A DNA stretch of 64,000 bases, from the NCBI GenBank assembly GCA_017512495.1, contig JAFWGF010000049.1:5267-69266 (forward strand). Reading direction: 5' to 3'. Positions 1-9,633 of this stretch are shown here, piece by piece. The translations under genes and the position numbers were made by a program. The notes beneath the pieces were generated by a model. It worked only from the letters and a program-made list of their open reading frames with translations. It did not search any database and was not told where the DNA came from. Source of the DNA: Bacilli bacterium. GTDB taxonomy: Bacteria; Bacillota_I; Bacilli_A; RF39; UBA660. Each line of letters begins with the position of its first letter. Within the stretch, counting starts at the first letter, position 1.

Positions 1-411
1 GTATTCTTAATTTTATTTGGTAGATATATATTCTTATATCGTAAATATTTAGATGAGAAGAAGATAGATTCTGATAATGAAGGTAATTTTGATGAAGTAA
101 GAAAGAGTATTGATAATGTAGTAGATTCTGCTCATGATAAAGTACAAGAAGTATTAGATAAAACAGATATTGACGAGAAACTTCAAGCAGCTTTAGATAA
201 GACAGATATTGATGAGAAAATAGTTGAAGTTAAAGATATGGTAGTAGAAGAAGTGAAAGAAACTAAGGATTCAGCAGTTAAGTTTGTTAAAGAGAAGATA
301 GATGATAAAGAAGAAGTTGTTGAACCTAAGAAAACTACTAAGAAGAAGAGTACTACTAAAAAAACGACCACAACTAAGAAATCAACTAAAGTGAAAGGAG
401 AGAAGAAGTAA
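1..411 (+). CDS. Partial CDS (N-terminus outside window). The fragment ends a TM segment, then has a charged region with DKTDIDEK repeats and a K/T-rich tail. Hypothetical protein
   Basis: Open frame 1 runs from the window edge to TAA at 409-411. Composition is coding-like. No family recognised. Confidence 0.4.
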   Translation, partial: VFLILFGRYIFLYRKYLDEKKIDSDNEGNFDEVRKSIDNVVDSAHDKVQEVLDKTDIDEKLQAALDKTDIDEKIVEVKDMVVEEVKETKDSAVKFVKEKIDDKEEVVEPKKTTKKKSTTKKTTTTKKSTKVKGEKK

Positions 412-752
412 TGGATTTATTTGAAGAGATAAATAAAACTAAAGAAGATTTTCCTAAACTTCACTCAGTAACTAGCGAAGTAAAGAAACAAGAATTGAAT
501 TTTTATCAAGGTTTTGCGATTGGAGTATTTATACTATGTATTTTCTTAGGAATAATATTTGGTAACTTATTTTCTACTTGTGAGACTACATCTTATTTCT
601 ATTCAGATGCTTGTTTAGTATCAGAATTTAACTTTTCTTTGATGATTACAATTTGGTTTGTTGGTTTACTTGTATGTATTGTTTTATATGCGATTGGACA
701 CATTATTGCTTTATTGACTGAAATTAGTCAAAAACTTAGTAAATTTAAGTGA
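411..752 (+). CDS. Small hypothetical membrane protein (113 aa, 2-3 TM)
   Basis: ATG overlaps the upstream stop (TAATG). Hydrophobic helices are present. No family recognised. Confidence 0.35.
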   Translation: MDLFEEINKTKEDFPKLHSVTSEVKKQELNFYQGFAIGVFILCIFLGIIFGNLFSTCETTSYFYSDACLVSEFNFSLMITIWFVGLLVCIVLYAIGHIIALLTEISQKLSKFK

Positions 753-835
753 TAATTGTTGCTTTTATATTTAAAATATGATAATTTTAATATGTAAGCA
801 CGATATGATGCTTAAAAATAGGGAGGTAAATAATT

Positions 836-1108
836 ATGAAAAAAGTTGAGTTAGTAGAAGCTGTTGCTACAGCTACAGGATTAACTAAAGCTGATTCTGC
901 TAGAGCTATTGATGCTACTTTTGCTGCTATTACTGGAGCATTAGCAAAAGGAGATAAAGTACCACTAGTAGGATTCGGAACATTCGCTGTTTCTAAGAGA
1001 GCAGCTCGTGAGGGACGTAACCCAAGAACTGGTGAAACTGTTAAAATTGCTGCTAGAAAAGCTGTTACTTTCAAAGCAGGATCTGCTTTAAAAGAATCTG
1101 TAAACTAA
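836..1108 (+). CDS. hup: DNA-binding protein HU
   Basis: 90 aa with the canonical HU sequence (MKKVELVEAVA...GFGTF...RNPRTGE). RBS GGGAGG upstream. Confidence 0.9.
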   Translation: MKKVELVEAVATATGLTKADSARAIDATFAAITGALAKGDKVPLVGFGTFAVSKRAAREGRNPRTGETVKIAARKAVTFKAGSALKESVN

Positions 1109-1123
1109 TTTCATAGTAGTTTA

Positions 1124-1156
1124 AAAAGAACCTTTAGGAGGTTCTTTTATTTTTGC
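1124..1156 (+). terminator. Intrinsic terminator after hup
   Basis: Hairpin aagaacct/aggttctt followed by a T-run. Confidence 0.6.
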
Positions 1157-1192
1157 TCTAATATGGTATAATATAATTAGGAGGGTGATTAG

Positions 1193-2287
1193 ATGCTTAC
1201 TGAAGCTCTAAAACTACTAAAAAAAATCAATGATCATTCATATGATGCCTATATCGTTGGAGGTTTTGTTAGAGATTATATATTAGGTATAGAATCTAAT
1301 GATATTGATATTAATACTAATGCTACTCCTAAGCAAATTAGAGAGATATTTGAAGATAGTTGTTTACCTAGCGAAGATTATGGGTCAGTAACAGTTATCT
1401 ATAAAGGAATAAGATTTGAAATTACTACTTTTAGAAAAGAGATAACTTACATTAATAATAGAAAGCCAGTTGAAATAGAGTATATTAATAATTTATATGA
1501 AGATTTAATTAGAAGAGACTTTACTATTAATACTTTATGTATGAATAAAGAAGGTAAAATTATTGATATGCTAGATGGTAGAAAAGATATTGATAATAAA
1601 ATTATTAATACAGTAGGGGATGCTTCTGCTAAATTGGAAGAAGATGCTTTACGTATTTTAAGAGCAGTTAGATTTGCTACTATTTTAGATTTTAAACTAT
1701 CAGATGATGTAATAAATGGTATTAAGAAAACTAAAGAATTATTGCATAATTTGTCATATTATCGTAAAAAAGAAGAGTTAGATAAAATTTTTACTAGTCC
1801 AAATTATAAAAATGGTATAAAATTATTATTAGAATTAGGGTTAGATAAAGAATTGGAAATTCCTAATCTTAGTAAAGTTTTAGATTCTAATACATCTAGT
1901 TTAATTGGTATTTGGAGTATTTTAGATGTAACTAGTAAATATCCATTTAATAAGAACGAATTAGAACTTATAAGAGATATTAATTATGCAATTAAACTAG
2001 ACCAATTAAATCCTATTAATTTATATAAATATGGATTATATGTTAATAGTGTAGCGGGAGAAATAAAAAAAGAAGATATCAAAGTTATTACTGAAACTTA
2101 TGCTAAATTAAGTATTCATAGTAAAAAAGATATTGATATAGATTCTGAAACTATTATGAAAATATTGGATAAAGCTCCAGGAAAATATTTAAAGGAAATA
2201 TATGATGATATAGAAGAAGCAATTCTTTACGGAAAACTTGTGAATAATAAAGAGGAGATTTGTGAATATATTCGTAAAAAATACTAA
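1193..2287 (+). CDS. cca: CCA-adding tRNA nucleotidyltransferase
   Basis: GGFVRDxxLG...DIDI polymerase-beta-type motif at the N-terminus. 364 aa, similar in size to Bacillus Cca. Confidence 0.8.
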   Translation: MLTEALKLLKKINDHSYDAYIVGGFVRDYILGIESNDIDINTNATPKQIREIFEDSCLPSEDYGSVTVIYKGIRFEITTFRKEITYINNRKPVEIEYINNLYEDLIRRDFTINTLCMNKEGKIIDMLDGRKDIDNKIINTVGDASAKLEEDALRILRAVRFATILDFKLSDDVINGIKKTKELLHNLSYYRKKEELDKIFTSPNYKNGIKLLLELGLDKELEIPNLSKVLDSNTSSLIGIWSILDVTSKYPFNKNELELIRDINYAIKLDQLNPINLYKYGLYVNSVAGEIKKEDIKVITETYAKLSIHSKKDIDIDSETIMKILDKAPGKYLKEIYDDIEEAILYGKLVNNKEEICEYIRKKY

Positions 2288-2301
2288 TTAGGTGGTGTGC
2301 T

Positions 2302-3426
2302 ATGAAAAAGATATATTATCTTTTATTTGTAGTAACATTATTCTTTACTGGAATTATTAATGTATATGCGGATGATTATCAAGTAAATACATTGATACCA
2401 GTTGATACGATGGCTACTGTTGATACTGATAAGTTTGAATATAAAAACTTTTTCTATAATTCGGCGGTAGATGCTAAAGGTAATGCTACTATAAAATTTG
2501 AAGCTATTCAAAATAATACATTGAGTAGAACAGCAGTTAGTATAAATGTATTGTTATTCGATGCTGAACAAAGGAATATCGGATACCTTACATATTGTTC
2601 TGATAAAGATGTAAGCAGTGAATATTCTGGATTTAAAGTCAGTGCTAATCAAGTAGTAGCTTTTACTATAAATGTTACTAGTCGCTATTTTGTAGAAGGT
2701 AAAACTCCAAAAGATGTTAGATTTATAGCTGTAAGAGATGAAAACAGATATTGCCAAATAGGTGGATATACTAAATATAGTGGTTTAACTATGGATGAAA
2801 TTAATCAAGGTGTTGATGTAGAAACAAAGAAGTCTTTATTTCCAGAACTTAAATCATTGATTGATATGAAAATAATTATTATTGCTGCGATTATTATTGT
2901 AGTTTTAATTGTTCTTTCAGGACTTATTAATCTTCTAAAGAAATTACCAAAGAGAAGTGTTAGAAGAGCGAGACCTGTTAAAAACCAAGTAATAGACAAT
3001 AATGATGATAATAATAGTAACAGTGAAGCTAATAAACCAATTGATTTAGATAGTTTCTATAATAGTCATAATAATGAAACAGATATATCTCATAGTATAG
3101 ATGTATCTAATGACAATAAGAAAAATAAGAATAAAAGTAAAAGTTCTGCAATTCAAGATATGTTTAGTGTTCCAGAAGAACCTAAAGTTGAATCACCAAA
3201 AACAGATATTAATGAAGGAACTCAAGCAGTTTCAGTACAAAACCTATATAATTCAATTAATGAATTACCTGAGGATAATAAAGAAACTGATTCTTCAGTA
3301 GAAGATTTATATAATTCAATTAATGGGTCTAATGATACTAGTAAAAAAGACTCATCTATTGATGATTTATATGAATCAATTAATACTGATGATGATGATG
3401 ACGATGATGATGATCTTGATGACTAA
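2302..3426 (+). CDS. Signal-peptide protein with an extracellular domain, one TM helix and a disordered N/D/S-rich cytoplasmic tail. The tail carries four (D/N)LY(N/E)SIN repeats and a terminal poly-Asp run
   Basis: N-terminal hydrophobic signal, TM IIIIAAIIIVVLIVLSGLINLL followed by KKLPKRSVRRARP stop-transfer. The repeats are visible in the translation. Confidence 0.55.
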   Translation: MKKIYYLLFVVTLFFTGIINVYADDYQVNTLIPVDTMATVDTDKFEYKNFFYNSAVDAKGNATIKFEAIQNNTLSRTAVSINVLLFDAEQRNIGYLTYCSDKDVSSEYSGFKVSANQVVAFTINVTSRYFVEGKTPKDVRFIAVRDENRYCQIGGYTKYSGLTMDEINQGVDVETKKSLFPELKSLIDMKIIIIAAIIIVVLIVLSGLINLLKKLPKRSVRRARPVKNQVIDNNDDNNSNSEANKPIDLDSFYNSHNNETDISHSIDVSNDNKKNKNKSKSSAIQDMFSVPEEPKVESPKTDINEGTQAVSVQNLYNSINELPEDNKETDSSVEDLYNSINGSNDTSKKDSSIDDLYESINTDDDDDDDDDLDD

Positions 3427-3498
3427 GGAATCTATGATTCCTTTTTTGTATTTTATATTTAAGTGTGCTATTATATAGTCATTAATGGAGATGATTTG

Positions 3499-4167
3499 AT
3501 GAATAACTCAAAATTAATAGATATAATAAAGAAAGGTAATATAACAATACCAATATATTTACTTCAGAAGTATAAGGATTTAAAAATTAATTTAGATGAA
3601 TTCGTTTTTCTTATGTACTTATATAATTTAGGTGATAAATGCTTATTTGATCCTAATAAATTTGCTGAAGATTTAAATTTAAATTCTAAAGAGATTATGA
3701 ATTATATTGGAACTTTATCAGATAAAGGATTAATAAGTATAGATACTATTAAGACTGAAAAAGGTTTAATGGAAGAACAAGTTATATTAGATGGTTTTTA
3801 TAATAAATTAACTTTATTAGTAATGGAAAATGTTAATGATAAAGAACAGAGAAAAGAATCTGATATTTATGAGTTGATTCAAAAAGAATTTGGTAGAACT
3901 ATCGGTACTATTGAAATAGAAATAATAAATGCTTGGTTAGAGAGTAATATTAGTGAAGATTTAATAAAAGAAGCCTTAAAAGAAGCAGTTTTTAATGGTG
4001 TATTTAATTTGAAATATATTGATAAGATTCTATATGAATGGGGTAAAGATGGGGTTAAAACAGTAGAAGATGTTGAAGAGAGAAGAAAGAAAAGAAATAA
4101 AAAGAAAGATGATAAAGAAGATATAGATATGGATATAATGGATTGGAATTGGTTTGATGAAGACTAA
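3499..4167 (+). CDS. dnaD: DnaD-domain replication initiation / membrane attachment protein
   Basis: DnaD-like sequence. Conserved dnaD-nth adjacency as in B. subtilis. Start moved to ATG 3499 (MNNSKL) with GGAG RBS. The track's start was 3463. Confidence 0.7.
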   Translation: MNNSKLIDIIKKGNITIPIYLLQKYKDLKINLDEFVFLMYLYNLGDKCLFDPNKFAEDLNLNSKEIMNYIGTLSDKGLISIDTIKTEKGLMEEQVILDGFYNKLTLLVMENVNDKEQRKESDIYELIQKEFGRTIGTIEIEIINAWLESNISEDLIKEALKEAVFNGVFNLKYIDKILYEWGKDGVKTVEDVEERRKKRNKKKDDKEDIDMDIMDWNWFDED

Positions 4168-4783
4168 AGTAATAGAAGATTATTTGGATTATTTATTTCC
4201 TAATCCTGAATGTGAACTTATTTATCATACTGATTATGAATTATTAATAGCTGTTGTTTTAAGTGCTCAATCCACAGATAAAAGAGTAAATACGGTTATG
4301 CCGATTATACTTGATAAGTATCCTACTCTAAATGACTTAAAAGAAGCTGATTTAAGCGATTTAGAGACTATTGTTAGACCAGTAGGGTCTCAACATAAAA
4401 AAGCTGCTTATATCAAGAATATAGCTACTATATTAGTAGATAAGTATAATAGTATTGTTCCTAGAGATAGAGATAAATTAATAGAGCTTTCTGGAGTAGG
4501 TAGAAAAACAGCAAATGTGTTTTTAAGTGAGTATTATAATGAGCCAGCTATAGCAGTAGATACACATGTAGAAAGAGTATCTAAGAGATTGGGATTAGCT
4601 AATAAAAATGATGATGTTTTAAAAATAGAGAATAAATTAATGAAGAAGTTCTCTAAAGATAAATGGGCAAAACTTCACTTACAATTAGTTTTATTTGGTA
4701 GATATCATTGTAAAGCTATTAAACCAGAATGCAGTAATTGCAGATTAATAGATATTTGTAAAGAAAAAAAGAAGAATATTTAA
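4154..4783 (+). CDS. nth: Endonuclease III (HhH-GPD DNA glycosylase with a C-terminal 4Fe-4S cluster loop)
   Basis: LSAQSTD, HhH (LSGVGRKTANV), and the C-x6-C-x2-C-x5-C cysteine spacing at the C-terminus. Confidence 0.85.
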   Translation: MMKTKVIEDYLDYLFPNPECELIYHTDYELLIAVVLSAQSTDKRVNTVMPIILDKYPTLNDLKEADLSDLETIVRPVGSQHKKAAYIKNIATILVDKYNSIVPRDRDKLIELSGVGRKTANVFLSEYYNEPAIAVDTHVERVSKRLGLANKNDDVLKIENKLMKKFSKDKWAKLHLQLVLFGRYHCKAIKPECSNCRLIDICKEKKKNI

Positions 4784-4794
4784 TTCTTCTTTTA

Positions 4795-7545
4795 TTATGG
4801 CGTTTGTACATTACCACCCGAATCTGGTTGTGTAGGTGGATCTGGTGTTTCAGGTTCTGGATCAGGATCTTCATCGATTACTATAATAGGTTCATTTAAA
4901 GTAAATATTGCTGCTGCACTTTGAATATCATTATATGATTTATAAGTACCGATAACTTTATATGTACCATATGGACTACTAGGAGCAAACGTATACGATG
5001 TCTTATCTGTCCATGTAATCAATACATCATCTTTGTAGATATTATAACCAAATTTTCCATGATCATCACCAGTATCTAATGGTGAAACCGGAGACCATGA
5101 TAATGTTACCTTACCACCACCAGCTTCGCTTACATTTAAGTTTCCTGGAGCAGGAATTCTATAACTTGCAGTATCGTATTCAGTTGGTTCAGTTCCCTTC
5201 TTAAAGAACTCACTAATTGCAGGTCCTCCTGGAGCTGCTAATTTAGGAGGATTAGTTCCGGGAGCAATTGATATTCTAACAACACTAGCAGGTTGTTTAA
5301 ATTCTTCTCTGTTTCCTTCCATAGCACCAGAAGCAACTAAGGCATTGAATAATCTATCCTTTTGAATAGTTGCTGGTATATTATGTAATACATATCCTTG
5401 AGCAATAGATTCTTTTGTGAAGTCATCATATCCATACCACATACCAATAGTTGTCTTAGTTGAATAACCGATAACCCATGAATCACGAATTGCATCACTA
5501 GGCATATTATATCTATTCATAGTGTTTTCATCAAAGTTAGTAGTACCAGTTTTACAAGCTACATTACGAGGAGTACCACCAGTTAATGAAACATCTTGTA
5601 AAACGCTAGATATCATGAAAGCAGTTGCATCAGACATAACTTGTCTTTTATTCTCTTTATGTTCTACTGTTTTACCTGTTTGTCTAAATACTATTTTATT
5701 AACAGAATATGGTTCATTATAGTAACCACCGTTTGAGAATGCAGCATAAGCACCAGCCATTTGAATTGGTGATACACCAGTAAATGCTCCAATTGAATGA
5801 GCTTCATGTAATGCAATAGTATCTTTAACATCACTTGTATTATCTTTGTTATAACAATTATCTTTATCTTTATTATATATGTAACCACTAGGACATAACT
5901 CAGGAATTATACCTAAACCAGTAACAAACTCTTTAATCTTTTCATTTTTAACTTGTTGGAAAGCTTTAAGTGCAGGAATATTACGAGAAGCAGATAAAGC
6001 TCTTCTTAAAGTAATATTACCAAAGTATCCACCATCCCAGTTCTTTATAGATACTCCATTTGAATATGTATATGGAGCGTCATTAAATGGATGACCAGTA
6101 GACCAGTTATTATATTCTATTCCAGGGCCATAATCAAATAATGGTTTAGCAGTACTTCCAGGTTGTCTTTTAATCTGAGTAGCATAGTTAAATTGTGAAG
6201 CAGTGCTATTATTTCTAGAATTAATATTACGACCATTACCTATAGCTAATACTTTTCCTGTTTCAGATTCAATAACAGCTACACCAGTTTGAACTCTATC
6301 ATCAATCCAACTATATGTTTCACCAGCTAATACAGCATTTACTGCATTTTGTCTAGCTTTATCTAAATTAGTATATACAAGTAATGGAGTAGTATAAGGA
6401 TTAACTCCATATTTATCTTGAACTTCTTCTACAACTGTATCTATATATCCTTGATATTTATTTTCTACAGAAGTATTAACTTCAGCAGTTAATGATTCTA
6501 CTGGAATAGCATTAGCAACTTTTTCTTCTTCAGCAGTGATATAACCAGCTCTCTTCATTAGATATAAAACAGTTTGTCTTCTAGCTGTAGCATTCTTTGG
6601 ATTAGCAGTAGGTCTATAGAAATTAGGTGATTTAAACATACCAGCTATTATTGCTGCTTCACTTAAGTTTAATTCACCAACGCTTTTTCCAAAATAAGCA
6701 TTAGCAGCTTCCTCAACTCCATAGATATTTCCACCTAAGAAGTGATTATTAACATAATATTCAATTATTTGTTCCTTAGTATATTCTTTTTCTAATCTAA
6801 ATACAGCTAAGTAAACATCTTCAAATTTACGAATAATACCAGTAACACCAGAAGTTTTTTGACCATACTTATCAGTGAAACTATTCTTAACAACTTGCAT
6901 TGATAATGTAGAAGCTCCACCAGCATTAGAATTACCAGTTAATTGACCAACTGTCGCTTTAAAGAAACGAGGTGCATCTAATCCATTATGTTGAAAGAAT
7001 CTTGAATCTTCAGTAGCTATAATAGCATCTACTAATACTTCAGGTAATTCATCATAAGTTACTTTTTCTCTCTTTTCAGAACCTAGTTTAGCTATTTCAG
7101 CTCCATCTTTATCATAAATTCTAGTTATTTCAGCAGTGTTTAATTTACCTTTTTCAAACTTAGGATCAGCATTTACTTTGATATATGCAATAAATAAACT
7201 AAATGCTGTTAAACCGATAATTCCACAAATTAGGAATAGTATTAATAAAATATTTAATATTTTCTTAGTTTTTCTATTTCCTGGAATTCTATAAATTAAA
7301 ACCCATACACATATTAGAATACCAATAATTACAGCAAATAATGCTGTAGCAATAAAACCTAGTGCCATATAGCAAGCTAATAATAAAGCTACAATTGCCA
7401 ACCCTAAAGCTATCTTACCAGTATTACTACTTTTCTTTTTTATTTTAGTAGTTCTTCTTCCTACACTATTAACTGGACGTGTAGCATTACTTGATTTTTT
7501 ACTAGTCTTAACTTGACTTCTTCTTTTTACCTTTTTTTGTGCCAT
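4795..7545 (-). CDS. ponA: Penicillin-binding protein 1A (bifunctional glycosyltransferase/transpeptidase) with a C-terminal FN3-like domain and a Pro/Asp-rich tail
   Basis: N-terminal TM, GT51 motifs (EDxRFxxHxG), transpeptidase SxxK/SxN/KTG. recU-ponA operon arrangement. Confidence 0.9.
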   Translation of the reverse strand: MAQKKVKRRSQVKTSKKSSNATRPVNSVGRRTTKIKKKSSNTGKIALGLAIVALLLACYMALGFIATALFAVIIGILICVWVLIYRIPGNRKTKKILNILLILFLICGIIGLTAFSLFIAYIKVNADPKFEKGKLNTAEITRIYDKDGAEIAKLGSEKREKVTYDELPEVLVDAIIATEDSRFFQHNGLDAPRFFKATVGQLTGNSNAGGASTLSMQVVKNSFTDKYGQKTSGVTGIIRKFEDVYLAVFRLEKEYTKEQIIEYYVNNHFLGGNIYGVEEAANAYFGKSVGELNLSEAAIIAGMFKSPNFYRPTANPKNATARRQTVLYLMKRAGYITAEEEKVANAIPVESLTAEVNTSVENKYQGYIDTVVEEVQDKYGVNPYTTPLLVYTNLDKARQNAVNAVLAGETYSWIDDRVQTGVAVIESETGKVLAIGNGRNINSRNNSTASQFNYATQIKRQPGSTAKPLFDYGPGIEYNNWSTGHPFNDAPYTYSNGVSIKNWDGGYFGNITLRRALSASRNIPALKAFQQVKNEKIKEFVTGLGIIPELCPSGYIYNKDKDNCYNKDNTSDVKDTIALHEAHSIGAFTGVSPIQMAGAYAAFSNGGYYNEPYSVNKIVFRQTGKTVEHKENKRQVMSDATAFMISSVLQDVSLTGGTPRNVACKTGTTNFDENTMNRYNMPSDAIRDSWVIGYSTKTTIGMWYGYDDFTKESIAQGYVLHNIPATIQKDRLFNALVASGAMEGNREEFKQPASVVRISIAPGTNPPKLAAPGGPAISEFFKKGTEPTEYDTASYRIPAPGNLNVSEAGGGKVTLSWSPVSPLDTGDDHGKFGYNIYKDDVLITWTDKTSYTFAPSSPYGTYKVIGTYKSYNDIQSAAAIFTLNEPIIVIDEDPDPEPETPDPPTQPDSGGNVQTP

Positions 7546-8130
7546 TTATATACCTCCAATTAAGTCATCAATTATTTTTAAATAATCAACTCTTGGCTTA
7601 TAATTATCTTTTATTAAATAAGCGTTTTTTTCAAAATACTCTAATGGAATAGATTTTCTAGTTTCATTATCAATAAAACTTACTAAATCTTTGATAAATA
7701 ATAAATATGTATTATTTAAAGTAGTAAATCTAACTATTAGAAAAGCTATACCACCATGTCTTTCGATATTTTTTAAATGTTCAATTTGATGATTATGGAT
7801 ATTATTAAGAGAAAAAGATGTTTTACTTTTTGTCTCCTTAGCCTCAAAGTCAATATATTTCCCTTTATATATTCCATTATAATCAGTAGTTGATGGTATT
7901 GTATAAAAAGCTTCTTTAATAACTGTTTTATCACGTGATGGATAATCTACTTTAGTAACTTTTATTGGTGTAGGCTTTTTATAAATATAGGCTTTATCAA
8001 TGTCACGATAGTACTCATTTGTTATATTTAAATCAGCCTCTAAAGACATACCTCTATTCCTATGATTTATTTGTTTTAAGACAGGATTAGAATTATTATC
8101 TTTTTTTATACCACCAGGATAGTTCATCAC
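7546..8130 (-). CDS. recU: Holliday junction resolvase RecU
   Basis: RecU-like sequence immediately upstream of ponA on the same strand (conserved recU-ponA operon). Confidence 0.85.
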   Translation of the reverse strand: MMNYPGGIKKDNNSNPVLKQINHRNRGMSLEADLNITNEYYRDIDKAYIYKKPTPIKVTKVDYPSRDKTVIKEAFYTIPSTTDYNGIYKGKYIDFEAKETKSKTSFSLNNIHNHQIEHLKNIERHGGIAFLIVRFTTLNNTYLLFIKDLVSFIDNETRKSIPLEYFEKNAYLIKDNYKPRVDYLKIIDDLIGGI

Positions 8131-8256
8131 ATCACCTATAATCGATTATACTATATTATTTTAATTTTTTCCATAAATTATATGTAGTTTCTCTTCTTTT
8201 TTTGTCGTATTTATGATTTTTGAAAATATATGTATTATTATAACGTAGGTGATTAT

Positions 8257-8382
8257 ATGAATTATATAGAAATTAATAAGATAATTAATAAAATGATTAA
8301 AGAAGTTAAAATAGTAGGTATAGAAGTAGAAGTACAATCCTTAAGAAATGGGTTAGTAATTGACAAAAAACCTAAGAAATGA
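8257..8382 (+). CDS. Possible 41-aa small protein (MNYIEINKIINKMIKEVKIVGIEVEVQSLRNGLVIDKKPKK)
   Basis: AGGTGAT RBS 4-5 nt upstream of the ATG, matching this genome's usual start context. It overlaps the predicted gpsB promoter. No homology recognised. Confidence 0.25.
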   Translation: MNYIEINKIINKMIKEVKIVGIEVEVQSLRNGLVIDKKPKK

Positions 8383-8388
8383 CATAAT
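8360..8388 (+). promoter_or_regulatory. Sigma-A-like promoter for gpsB (TTGACA-17-CATAAT)
   Basis: Hexamers read directly from the sequence. Confidence 0.4.
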
Positions 8389-8414
8389 ACTAGTATAAGG
8401 GATTGGTGATAATT

Positions 8415-8756
8415 ATGTATCAAAATAAGATAAAACTTATGCCTCAGGATATCTTAGAAAAGAGTTTTAAGATAGACACTAGAGGATATCGTTTAAAAGA
8501 AGTTGATCAATTTTTAGATGATATCATAGGGGATTATGAACAATTTCTTGAAATTATTAATAATCTTGAAAAGGAGAAAGCAGACTTATTAGCTGAAATT
8601 ATGCAGTTAAAACAAGAACTACGTAATTCTAAATTAAGTGTAGAAGTAGCTTCTAATAATAGTTCTAATGGTGAAGTAACTAATGTAGATGTTATGCGTA
8701 GACTTTCACAATTAGAAAAAATGGTATATGGTTCAAGAAAAAATGATGATGAATAA
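8415..8756 (+). CDS. gpsB: Cell-cycle protein GpsB (DivIVA-domain)
   Basis: MPQDILEKSFK..RGY..EVDQFLD matches the GpsB/DivIVA N-terminal domain. Start moved to ATG 8415; the track used a TTG inside the RBS. Confidence 0.85.
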   Translation: MYQNKIKLMPQDILEKSFKIDTRGYRLKEVDQFLDDIIGDYEQFLEIINNLEKEKADLLAEIMQLKQELRNSKLSVEVASNNSSNGEVTNVDVMRRLSQLEKMVYGSRKNDDE

Positions 8757-8769
8757 AGACAATTAATAT

Positions 8770-9105
8770 ATAGACAAACGCTGGAGTCCTAGAGACTCTT
8801 GAGGAAAGTCCATGCTCACACAATCTGCGATGATTGTAGTGTTCGTGCTCAGGGATAACCTGAGGTAGCCTACTTGTAGGTTAACGGCGGATATTATTCC
8901 TAAGTCTTTGATATGGAATAATCCGTAAAGTGCCGCAGTGACGATACTTTTCGAAAGGAAAGAGTGAAACGTGGTAAACCCCGCGAGTGAGAAACCCAAA
9001 TTTGGTAGGGGAGTTCTAACAAAGGAATTGAACGGAGTTAGAAACTAATTTATTAGTAGATAAATGTTTGTCGCCCGAAAGGGTACAGAACGTGGCTTAT
9101 TTATA
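8770..9105 (+). ncRNA. rnpB: RNase P RNA, type B (ends approximate)
   Basis: Conserved P4 strands GAGGAAAGTCCATGCTC and ACAGAACGTGGCTTAT. Also GTAAACCCCGCGAGTGAGAAACCCAAATTTGGTAGGGGA, which closely matches Bacillus rnpB. Located downstream of gpsB as in B. subtilis. Confidence 0.85.
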
Positions 9106-9132
9106 TTATTTGTTTTAAAAAAGAGGTGTTGC

Positions 9133-9633
9133 ATGAAAGAGTTAGGAGAGTATTTAAAACGAACACGAGTTGGTAATGGAGTAAGTATTACTGAAGCTTG
9201 TGAAGATCTTGAATTCTCTACATCACATCTTGAAAATATAGAAAGTGGAAATGTAAAAGCTTTTAAAGATGTGTATGAATTAAAAGAATCAATTAGAGTA
9301 TATGCAAAGTATTTGGGCTTAAATCCAGATAAAGTTATGGATGAGTTTAATAATTTTTTATTTCAACACACTTCAAAAATTTCTTTAGAGGATATATTAG
9401 CTGCTCAAAAGAAAAAGGAAGAACAAGAAGCTGAACATAAAAAAGTGAAATCTCCATATACTAAGGAATATAAAGAAAAGATTAATTTATGGCCATTTGT
9501 ATATGTATTAGTTGGAGTCTTAGTACTTTTTGTAGTTATCTATATAATAATTAGTAGTGTATACAAAAAGCCAGAAAGAATTAATGAATTACAGTCATGT
9601 AGAGAGGAGATTAGTTATGAATTTGCCAACTAA
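9133..9633 (+). CDS. XRE-type HTH protein with a single C-terminal TM, short RodZ-like
   Basis: N-terminal HTH (LKRTRVGNGVSITEACEDL), TM near the C-terminus. Sits directly upstream of pgsA-recA, like ymfM(rodZ)-pgsA in B. subtilis. Start placed at ATG 9133 rather than 9064. Confidence 0.5.
   Translation: MKELGEYLKRTRVGNGVSITEACEDLEFSTSHLENIESGNVKAFKDVYELKESIRVYAKYLGLNPDKVMDEFNNFLFQHTSKISLEDILAAQKKKEEQEAEHKKVKSPYTKEYKEKINLWPFVYVLVGVLVLFVVIYIIISSVYKKPERINELQSCREEISYEFAN

Noticed and set aside
787-1074. 95-aa ORF antisense to hup.
   Set aside because: It fully overlaps the well-supported HU gene on the opposite strand and has no RBS. It is an antisense artefact of the Ala-rich codons.
8763-8999. 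78-aa minus-strand ORF.
   Set aside because: It lies inside the RNase P RNA gene, whose conserved P4 and other motifs explain the region.
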